The position numbers were made by a program, and so were the translations under genes. Shown in pieces: positions 29,201-36,821 of a DNA stretch of 64,000 nt (its first letter is position 1; each line of letters opens with the position of its first letter). The notes beneath the pieces are model-generated. The model searched no databases, was not told where the DNA came from, and saw only the letters and a program-made list of their open reading frames with translations. The stretch is from positions 79-64,078 of the forward strand of contig JACZWC010000018.1 of assembly GCA_022572355.1 (NCBI GenBank), written 5' to 3'. The stretch comes from Bacteroidota bacterium (GTDB lineage: Bacteria > Bacteroidota > Bacteroidia > NORP154).

Positions 29201-29274
29201 GTAGACAGATAAACGAATGAGGCTATTACCAGAAGTATCCAGCCTACGATATTGTTTATTTTTTGATACTGCAT
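26236..29274 (-). CDS. DUF2723-type polytopic membrane protein (PMT/GT-C-like putative glycosyltransferase) with C-terminal TPR-like region
   Basis: N-terminus [31 protein letters not shown], many TM segments, 1012 aa. Confidence 0.75.
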   Translation of the reverse strand: [1012 protein letters not shown]

Positions 29275-29300
29275 CGGTTTCTCTGGATTTTCAGAACGCG

Positions 29301-29308
29301 CAAATTTA
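29301..29308 (-). promoter_or_regulatory. -7 promoter box (minus strand TAAATTTG) for the DUF2723 gene
   Basis: Plus-strand CAAATTTA lies 27 nt upstream of the ATG at 29274. Confidence 0.55.
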
Positions 29309-29408
29309 GAAAAATTTAAGTTGAGACGATGGAAAAACGGGTTAGGTTGGCAATTATTATCGTTGGCTCTGCCATTTATGATTTTTTAACATAAGCTTTA
29401 ATTTTTCC

Positions 29409-29416
29409 TAAATTTG
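29409..29416 (+). promoter_or_regulatory. -7 promoter box TAAATTTG, likely driving the structured leader and tRNA-Gln
   Basis: Exact TAnnTTTG followed by CGCTCC. No protein gene lies downstream before the tRNA. Confidence 0.5.
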
Positions 29417-29499
29417 CGCTCCTGTTTCCAATGTAATTTTGGATTTCAGTTTTAAAGTTTTTATGTGATTTACTTTTATGATTGAGTAAATTGTTTTTT

Positions 29500-29689
29500 T
29501 GCCCGATGGCCCGCCTTTGTCCTTTGGACTACGGCGGACAGGTGTAACCCGCCTTCACTTCGTTTCGGAGGGGCAGGCTGGCAACCGTGTTGCCGGAGTA
29601 TCGAGGTGAGAATAGGTTGAACTATTATTTGAATACGAAAGTGTTCTTTGCCCACCTGCGTACGCAAATAGGCGTACTACGGTGGACAG
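29500..29689 (+). ncRNA. Unclassified GC-rich, hairpin-dense element (candidate structured RNA, tRNA-derived leader or MITE-like insert)
   Basis: Visibly GC-richer than the AT-rich flanks. Hairpins at 29511-29537, 29558-29570, 29578-29596 and 29652-29685. Three blocks identical to tRNA-Gln positions 1-10, 10-16 and 16-23, in order. Confidence 0.4.
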
Positions 29690-29762
29690 TGCCCGATGGT
29701 GTAACTGGCAACACGTCTGGTTTTGGTCCAGAAGAGTCTAGGTTCGAGCCCTAGTCGGGCAA
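29690..29762 (+). tRNA. tRNA-Gln (anticodon UUG)
   Basis: Hand-folded cloverleaf. Acceptor TGCCCGA/TCGGGCA with the U1-A72 pair known from E. coli tRNA-Gln. U8. D stem GTGT/ACAC with GG in the loop. Anticodon stem TCTGG/CCAGA with loop TTTTGGT. T arm CTAGG-TTCGAGC-CCTAG. Discriminator A. CCA is not encoded. Confidence 0.9.
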
Positions 29763-29779
29763 CACCAAATACTTGCTAA

Positions 29780-29817
29780 CCCCAGATAATCAATTGATTA
29801 TCTGGGGTTTTTATTTT
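29780..29817 (+). terminator. Rho-independent terminator after tRNA-Gln
   Basis: Perfect 12-bp stem CCCCAGATAATC/GATTATCTGGGG with loop AATT, followed by TTTTTATTTT. Confidence 0.85.
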
Positions 29818-29913
29818 GGGGGTACAACTATGGTATAACCAAATGAACCATACCCAACCCTTACCCACGCTTTTTGCAATTTTACTATCTTACTCGACAA
29901 AAGAAAGACCATT

Positions 29914-32900
29914 ATGGCCAATCTCACTGAGCATATAACACAAATAAAAGCCGCTATAAAAGCCCTGGAAGCTCAGCGTTCAGTTCTAGGCGATGATGCA
30001 GTCGATTTATCATTAAAGGCACTGCAACAACAAATTTCAGACTTAGAAACATCTCAAACTGCTGCTACTCAATCCAAAGGGGAACGGCGTCAAACGACAA
30101 TTCTATTTTCCGATCTGTCAGGTTATACAGCAATGGGTGAAAAACTCGATCCGGAAGATGTGCAGGAATTGATGAATCGGATCAAAACAGAGGCGATTCG
30201 GATCGTAGAACACCATGAGGGAACCGTTAATCAGTTTGTCGGTGATGAAATACTGGCCTTGTTCGGAATTCCGATCGCTCATGAGGATGATCCGGTTCGC
30301 GCAGTGAAAGCCGCTCTTGAATTGCACGATATGGTTCGCAAATTGAGCGAGGAGGTAGAACCGCTTATCGGCAGGCCATTGACAATGCACAGCGGAATTA
30401 ACACGGGGTTGATCGTCACAGCGATTGCTGATGTCCGTGACGGGAAAATTGCACTGACCGGCGATACCGTAAACACAGGTGCCCGCCTGCTGGCCCTGGC
30501 TAAAGAAGATGAAATTTTGATCAGCCCGCAAACCCACGACCGGATTTCTCCCTTCTTTAAAACAGAGGCCCTTGATCCTCAAGCGATGAAGGGAAAAGCA
30601 AAACCTATGATTCCATACCGGATACTTGGTGAAACCACAATTAGCACCCGTATTGAAGCAGCAGAACAACGTGGCTTTACTACTTACATCGGCCGGGAAG
30701 AAGAACTCGCTACCCTCAACGCATGTCTGGAAAAAGCCATTCAGGGAGAAGGGCAGGTGGTGACAATAAAAGGAGAAGCGGGGCTGGGCAAGAGTCGTCT
30801 GATTTATGAATTCCTTAAAGAGATAAACGACGAAAAAATAATCATCCTGGAAGGCCGTTGTCAGTCCTACGGAGTCTCAAGTCCATATTTACCATTCCTG
30901 GATGCCCTGAGAAAAGATTTGGGCATGCGCACAGAAGATACTCCCGCCGAGTTGCATGAAAAAGTGGTGAGCAGTCTCACTGTAATGGATTCCTCTCTGG
31001 AAAGATACATTCCGGTGTTTCTGCACCTTTTATCTATCCCAAGCGAGAAATACCCTCTGCCAGAAGAGCTCAAAGGCGAGAAGCTCAAACAAGAGATTGA
31101 AGAAGGACTGGTTCTGATAAACACCTTAAATAAAAAACAGCTGACGAAAGTTTGGATTCTGGAGGATTGGCATTGGGTGGATGACGCGTCTAACGAGACA
31201 TTCATGAGGCATATGGATATCATGGCTTCTTTGCAAATGATGGTTGTACTTCTGCATCGACCAGAATATACTCCCGAATTGAAGCACTGCCTTTTCCACA
31301 CAGCAATTGAGTTAAAGGGTATTAATGAGCAAGACGTGGAATCAATGATCCAGGGTATTTACGCAGTGGATCAGGTTCCGGAAGGTTTCGCAGCCCAAAT
31401 AGTTCAACACAGCGGAGGCAACCCTTTCTTTATCGAAGAGTTGTGCAATCTGCTCAAAGAAGATGAAACAGTGATGATTGAAGAGGGCAGAATCATTTTA
31501 CACAAAGCAATCGAGCAAATCACTTTCCCTCAATCCGTTCAGGCTGTAATTCGTACAAAACTAGACCGGCTCTATGATGAGTCAAGAGAAGTAATCAATC
31601 TGGCTTCGGTGATTGGAAGAGACTTTCTTAAACCCATATTGGGCCAGATTACAATTAAACTAAATGATCTTTCTAAATCTCTTGATAATTTGAAAACAGC
31701 TGAATTGATTCGCCAACTTGAGAATCTACCTGAAATTACATACCAATTCAAGCATGCCATCACTCAGCAGGTAACTTATCAAACCCTGCTGATCAAACGG
31801 CGCACTTTGTTGCACCGTCTTGTGGGAGAAACCATTGAAGCCCTTTACCCAAAACGCCTGGAAGAACAATTCGAAATACTGGCTTATCATTATAGCAAAA
31901 GTTCGGATCTGGAAAAGGCCATTCATTATCTCGATTTGGCCGGAGACAAGGCAGCTAGAAATTATTCTATTATTGATGCCAGGACCTTTTATAAAGAAGC
32001 TTTGGAATTAATCGATGCCGAGCCTAATTTGAAAAACGAGGACATGGCAGCATGGAAAACGAAGCGCATTGAAATCAGTCTTAAGTGGGCACAAATATCA
32101 CATTATGCGGCACCTGAAGAATTCTTAGTAGTCCTGGAAACTTCACTTTCCTACGCCGAAGAGCTCAAAGACGAATCCAAGATTGCCCATTTGAATTATT
32201 GGTTTGCCCAGAGAAATGTTTTGACTGGTGACCTGAAAAATGCTATAGCGTATTTCTCTCTATCTATTGAATTGGCCGAGAAACTGAATGACAAAGCATT
32301 GCTGGCACAGGCCTGTGCCGCCATTGGACGCGTTTACTTTTTTGAGGCAGAATATCTAAAAAGCAATGAGTCTGTGGAACGCGGCATTCTTCTGTTAGAG
32401 GAATTGAACGAAAAAAATGATGTGGCTTATGCCTCAGGTATTCTCTGCGGCTCCTATGGCCTTACAGGAGATATTAAAAAAGCCTTGTCTCACGGCGAGC
32501 ATGCGATAAAGTTGTCGGAGGAAACCGGAGATTTGAGCCGAAAAGCCAATGCACACGTATGGCTGGGATCTGCCTACTTATCCCATGGAAACTGGGGAAA
32601 AGCCATTGAAGCCTCCAAGTTAACTATTGAAATAGCGCAACCTTTTGGAGAAATGGTACTTGTCATCTCAGGAACGACCCTCCTGGGATACAGTCTTTTT
32701 ATGAATGGCCGCCATAAAGAAGGGCTGCTAAAAATGAAAAAGAGTGTAGAAATGCTCGAAGAAAGTAAAATCTATCTCCTCTACCCCATGTTGTATGGTA
32801 TGCTGGCATATTGTTGTGCACAAAAGGGATTGATGGAAGAGGCAGAAATGCATGCCAACAAATGTATGAAGTGGTCTCCAAAAGGCTGGAAAGGTTGGGA

Positions 32901-33183
32901 GGGCCTGGGATATTATGCTTTGGCCTTGGTAAAAGCAGAAAAGACAGCATCGGATCCAAAGGAGGTCGACGAAACAATAAAAAAAGGACTACAGTTATGC
33001 AAAGAGCGAGGCCTGCAACCATATTTGGCTCAAGGCTATTTTGAATACGGCTTGATTCTCCTGAAAAGAAATAACAAGAATGAATCACTTAAATACCTTA
33101 GCAAGGCAACTGAGATATTCACCAAATTGAACATGACCTGGTGGCTGGAACAAGCAAAGGGTATGGAAAAGACTTTGGGCTAA
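29914..33183 (+). CDS. Class III nucleotidyl cyclase domain fused to a STAND/AAA ATPase and a C-terminal TPR array
   Basis: N-terminal coiled coil, then cyclase motifs ILFSDLSGYT, FVGDEILALFG and TGDTVNTGARL. Walker A GEAGLGKS (about 30771-30794), Walker B VWILEDWHWVDD, then about 450 aa of TPR-like repeats. Confidence 0.85.
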   Translation: MANLTEHITQIKAAIKALEAQRSVLGDDAVDLSLKALQQQISDLETSQTAATQSKGERRQTTILFSDLSGYTAMGEKLDPEDVQELMNRIKTEAIRIVEHHEGTVNQFVGDEILALFGIPIAHEDDPVRAVKAALELHDMVRKLSEEVEPLIGRPLTMHSGINTGLIVTAIADVRDGKIALTGDTVNTGARLLALAKEDEILISPQTHDRISPFFKTEALDPQAMKGKAKPMIPYRILGETTISTRIEAAEQRGFTTYIGREEELATLNACLEKAIQGEGQVVTIKGEAGLGKSRLIYEFLKEINDEKIIILEGRCQSYGVSSPYLPFLDALRKDLGMRTEDTPAELHEKVVSSLTVMDSSLERYIPVFLHLLSIPSEKYPLPEELKGEKLKQEIEEGLVLINTLNKKQLTKVWILEDWHWVDDASNETFMRHMDIMASLQMMVVLLHRPEYTPELKHCLFHTAIELKGINEQDVESMIQGIYAVDQVPEGFAAQIVQHSGGNPFFIEELCNLLKEDETVMIEEGRIILHKAIEQITFPQSVQAVIRTKLDRLYDESREVINLASVIGRDFLKPILGQITIKLNDLSKSLDNLKTAELIRQLENLPEITYQFKHAITQQVTYQTLLIKRRTLLHRLVGETIEALYPKRLEEQFEILAYHYSKSSDLEKAIHYLDLAGDKAARNYSIIDARTFYKEALELIDAEPNLKNEDMAAWKTKRIEISLKWAQISHYAAPEEFLVVLETSLSYAEELKDESKIAHLNYWFAQRNVLTGDLKNAIAYFSLSIELAEKLNDKALLAQACAAIGRVYFFEAEYLKSNESVERGILLLEELNEKNDVAYASGILCGSYGLTGDIKKALSHGEHAIKLSEETGDLSRKANAHVWLGSAYLSHGNWGKAIEASKLTIEIAQPFGEMVLVISGTTLLGYSLFMNGRHKEGLLKMKKSVEMLEESKIYLLYPMLYGMLAYCCAQKGLMEEAEMHANKCMKWSPKGWKGWEGLGYYALALVKAEKTASDPKEVDETIKKGLQLCKERGLQPYLAQGYFEYGLILLKRNNKNESLKYLSKATEIFTKLNMTWWLEQAKGMEKTLG

Positions 33184-33212
33184 ATTTCATCTTTGAAGTA
33201 AGTTAGATCAAT

Positions 33213-35819
33213 TCAAAATCTATATCCCAAATGCATGATCACAAAATCATTTTCTATTGAACCATCATAAGTTATACTGATAATGAAACTCCTGGTTGGG
33301 CTCAGTGTAAATCCACCACCATATCCAGTATGCCAGCGACTGGATTCTTCACCATCTTGCCATACCCTGCCATTGTCAATAAAGGCGATCAGACCCAACT
33401 CAAAGGGCAGAATGTAGTTGGGAAGGCGAGCCAGGCTGGTTCGAATCTCGGTATTTTGGTAAAAGGAAGTCCTGCCCACAAAACGATCCCGTCGATAACC
33501 ACGTAGATTTGCATCATAGAGTGTCATTTCCTGCCCTCCCAAACTATTTGCCTGATAGAATTCAAAATCATTGATCAAAGTAGCTCCACCAAAACGCATG
33601 GCAATTACTGTTTGAATGGCTTCCAGAGGAATATATACCGACAATTCCGATACCAACCGTATAAAGTCACCTGAAGCACTCATTCGCTGTACCCATTGCG
33701 CACCGCTTCTCCATTTCCAACCTTTGCTTGGGCTAGTTTCGTGATCCAACTGATGAAAGCTATAGGATGCCCAAATTCCTCCGAATTGTTGTGACTTGAG
33801 GTCCGAACTTGCGACCAGGGTATCAGCATCACTTATAAATTTATCAGTGTTGCTCACCACATTTATATACTTGTACTGAGTTCCAATTTGAACGAAATGC
33901 AACTCATTTTTAGAGTATCTCTCCAAATAAGGCCCAATAGACATTAGATTATACCGAAGCGTATAATAATTCTTGCCTCTCGATTCATCTACTTCGCTAT
34001 CGTTTCCCCATCCGTAGAAATTTGACGTATAGTGGGGAAATACCGCCTGCGCATCGAAGATCAGATCCCATTTTCCAATAACATCAGTAAAGGTCCCTTC
34101 ATAATTTAACAGAAAGGCAGAAGTGCTGATCGCATATGCTCCTGATAGCTTTTGTTTGGCGGCAAAGGGAAACTTACGAAATGCTCTGTGCTTCCACATC
34201 AATCCAGCTCCGAGATACAAACCATCATCTGGATTGTACCCAAAATTCACCTGAGGCATCCACACATCATATTTGTGACTCTTGCGATCATATACATTGG
34301 CAGTGCTATCTTTTTTGGTGCAGTTCTTCGTTTCCCCACTCTTGTCAATCTCAACTCCATCCCTCTCATCATAAACATAGGTTTGCTTTCCCAAGCCCCT
34401 GACCTTAGATACATCCCGAATAATGTCAGCACCATCCCCACCTATAATACGAATCAATATTCCCCGCTTGACTTTCCCGGTAATTTCAAATTCGTCAGCA
34501 CCGTCAAATCCATACAAGCGAACCTCTACGGTTTCTTCGAACTTAAATGTTCTATCAAAATATAATGTACCCCTCTCTCCATTACTTTGCTTGCCGTACA
34601 TTCTAATCCTTGTTTCATCTTTATTTAATCTCTCCACAAGAAAGAACTCAGGTTCGTCGCTGCCGAGTACATCTACTTTTTTGGCCAAGACAGTATAGTA
34701 TTCCTCCGCATATTCAGGAAGATGATCCCTTCGATTTCTCAGCTTAGCTTTTATTATTTCGCCATCAATCTCATAAATTTCCTTCGGCCAGTCTTTAAAC
34801 GCCTCATCAATTACTGAATCTGTAAGGCTTACTTTCATGCTGTCAGCAATCGCAATCCAATTGGCTTTTGTCATCTGGGTGAGAAAGCTCCGATCGATGT
34901 ACATGCCTTGCAAGCCAAGTCCCGCTACGTCTTTAATATCATAGTCGAAATGTTGTGCCAAACGGAAAGCCCACTTTCTGGAGAGTACCCATGGAATGAA
35001 TCCATCTGCCTTCATAAACGCAAAATCCCGATCTCGTGGAATGGGCCTATACAGTGTTCCTTTCTCTGTTTTATAAACTCCCCAGCGCCATTGGTCCTCA
35101 TGGCGATCAATATCACCCAACCAAAAATCGAATAGCCTGGCTCGTGACATAGCAAAGGGATCAACTTTATGTTTTAACGACTCGCGGACCTTTTCGAACA
35201 CCTTGGGACTATTCGCCACCTTTGGAGCAAAGTTGTAATTTGGATAAATACTTAGGTCCCCCACCGGTCTTTGCTCAAACAAAACCAACATGTTACCAAA
35301 TGTTTCTCTGAATTCTCCCAGTGCAGGGCTATCTTTAACTACACCCACTTGGGGAATGCTATAACTGACACCTGCAGCCTTAGCAAGTCCAGGAATCACG
35401 AGTGCTCCGTAAGGATGAGTTGCCGAAATCTGATCTTGCATTACGTCATGTGCAAGTGTTCCACGAAGGAAAACAGGAAGTTTTTTACTCACATCTTTTT
35501 TAACTGATCTAAAGATGAACTGCATCCCATTTTCTCGTTCCAGCCGTAAGGACTTCGTCTGCACCCCACCTCCTTGCTTTATAGGCACAAGCCCTTCTTT
35601 CTCAATGTCAATGTAAGGAACCCGTACAGTCGCCAACCACGCATCACGGTAATGATGGCCAATGAATAAGTTTGCGAATTTCTTTGATTTATATCTGGGA
35701 TCTGCTATAATATCTACAGAATCCAGCGGTACATCCTGGGCATTCAAAAGAACTGGGACCCCCAATAAAAATATCCACAGACACGTTACGTTTCTCATGT
35801 ATATATGGGGCAGGAACAT
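33213..35819 (-). CDS. Outer-membrane protein: N-terminal uncharacterised domain (kinase-like DRHEDQ / DRDFAF motifs) plus C-terminal Omp85/BamA-like beta-barrel. The start may be the ATG at 35798.
   Basis: Signal peptide VTCLWIFLLGVPVLLNAQ, central WLGDIDRHEDQWRW...PRDRDFAF, and a barrel ending ...MHLGYRF. Confidence 0.6.
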   Translation of the reverse strand: MFLPHIYMRNVTCLWIFLLGVPVLLNAQDVPLDSVDIIADPRYKSKKFANLFIGHHYRDAWLATVRVPYIDIEKEGLVPIKQGGGVQTKSLRLERENGMQFIFRSVKKDVSKKLPVFLRGTLAHDVMQDQISATHPYGALVIPGLAKAAGVSYSIPQVGVVKDSPALGEFRETFGNMLVLFEQRPVGDLSIYPNYNFAPKVANSPKVFEKVRESLKHKVDPFAMSRARLFDFWLGDIDRHEDQWRWGVYKTEKGTLYRPIPRDRDFAFMKADGFIPWVLSRKWAFRLAQHFDYDIKDVAGLGLQGMYIDRSFLTQMTKANWIAIADSMKVSLTDSVIDEAFKDWPKEIYEIDGEIIKAKLRNRRDHLPEYAEEYYTVLAKKVDVLGSDEPEFFLVERLNKDETRIRMYGKQSNGERGTLYFDRTFKFEETVEVRLYGFDGADEFEITGKVKRGILIRIIGGDGADIIRDVSKVRGLGKQTYVYDERDGVEIDKSGETKNCTKKDSTANVYDRKSHKYDVWMPQVNFGYNPDDGLYLGAGLMWKHRAFRKFPFAAKQKLSGAYAISTSAFLLNYEGTFTDVIGKWDLIFDAQAVFPHYTSNFYGWGNDSEVDESRGKNYYTLRYNLMSIGPYLERYSKNELHFVQIGTQYKYINVVSNTDKFISDADTLVASSDLKSQQFGGIWASYSFHQLDHETSPSKGWKWRSGAQWVQRMSASGDFIRLVSELSVYIPLEAIQTVIAMRFGGATLINDFEFYQANSLGGQEMTLYDANLRGYRRDRFVGRTSFYQNTEIRTSLARLPNYILPFELGLIAFIDNGRVWQDGEESSRWHTGYGGGFTLSPTRSFIISITYDGSIENDFVIMHLGYRF

Positions 35820-35911
35820 ACTCCTACAAGTATAGATATAATCTACTTAACGTATATATGCAGACCTTTGTATATCAGAAGTTTAAACAAGCCGCTGAAT
35901 TTTTGTCCGCG

Positions 35912-36784
35912 ATGAGAAGGATTCTTTCTTTTTTAATATTGATAAATGGCACATCTCTAGTTGCGCAGGACAGCAATCTGACATCGTATAAAAAGTGTTG
36001 GATGTGTGGAACCGGACTCCACGCAAGTGCTACGCCTTACTCGCTTACATTAAAGAATGAGATTCCGTATATAGCTATTGGCTTGTCTATATCCTCGATT
36101 GCACTTACCATGGATATGTATAATCCTGTCCAGCCTTATACTGCAAACGAGTTGCTCTCTCTTGATAAGAATAGAATCAATTCGTTTGACAGAAGTGCCA
36201 CCGACAATTGGTCCCCTTCTGCAAATGGAATTAGCAACGTATTGATTTCAACAGCTACACTATTACCAATCATCTTTATTACCAACCGCCACACCAAATC
36301 TTATTTGTTCCCATTGATAGTTATGTATGGCGAGGTGTTGCTTGCCAATTACGGTGTGACCATGTTCACGAAAAATGTGGTAAACAGGGCAAGGCCCTTA
36401 ACTTACAATACGGAAGCCCCCATGGAAAAGCGAACAAATTCTACCAGCAAGGAGTCCTTTTTTTCAGGTCACACTTCCCATGCAACAGCTTCCTCAATTT
36501 TCGTGGCTAAAGTGCTTTGCGATTATCATCCAAATATGAATAAGGGCTTAAAAATCGGAATATGGACCGCTATGCTTACCCTGCCCGCCGTCACAGCTTA
36601 TCTTAGGGTACAAGCCGGAAAGCACTTTCCTACGGATGTAATAGTTGGCTACGTTGTTGGCGGTGCAATTGGGTATTTTATTCCACATCTTCATAAACTG
36701 AACGCCAGGTCCACTCCAAAAATTAGCTTAATTCCAATCTTTGGTATTGATCATACTTCTCTTATGATGCGTGTGAAGTTATAA
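35912..36784 (+). CDS. PAP2 superfamily (type 2 phosphatidic acid/lipid phosphatase) membrane protein
   Basis: The three PAP2 motifs: KNVVNRARP, SFFSGHTSH and RVQAGKHFPTDV. Start moved to the internal ATG that precedes the signal-like MRRILSFLILINGTSLVAQ. Confidence 0.85.
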   Translation: MRRILSFLILINGTSLVAQDSNLTSYKKCWMCGTGLHASATPYSLTLKNEIPYIAIGLSISSIALTMDMYNPVQPYTANELLSLDKNRINSFDRSATDNWSPSANGISNVLISTATLLPIIFITNRHTKSYLFPLIVMYGEVLLANYGVTMFTKNVVNRARPLTYNTEAPMEKRTNSTSKESFFSGHTSHATASSIFVAKVLCDYHPNMNKGLKIGIWTAMLTLPAVTAYLRVQAGKHFPTDVIVGYVVGGAIGYFIPHLHKLNARSTPKISLIPIFGIDHTSLMMRVKL

Positions 36785-36821
36785 CAGAATAGTATTGCCA
36801 AGCTGAAATAGACGGGTTGAA

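Noticed and set aside
29297-29420. A 19-nt inverted repeat flanking about 90 nt, initially suspected to be MITE termini
   Set aside because: Each arm is simply a divergent TAAATTTGCGC promoter box for the flanking transcription units. There are no target-site duplications and no further terminal similarity.
29476-29667. 63-aa minus-strand ORF overlapping the GC-rich element upstream of tRNA-Gln
   Set aside because: It lies entirely within a hairpin-dense segment containing tRNA-derived blocks. It has no promoter or start context and an Arg/Gln/Pro-rich composition typical of GC-rich non-coding sequence read in frame.
29690-33183. Integrative island at tRNA-Gln
   Set aside because: There is no integrase, excisionase or phage/ICE gene, and no repeat of the tRNA 3' end was found in the intergenic regions inspected downstream. 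The only tRNA-derived repeat is the tRNA 5' end, and it lies upstream.
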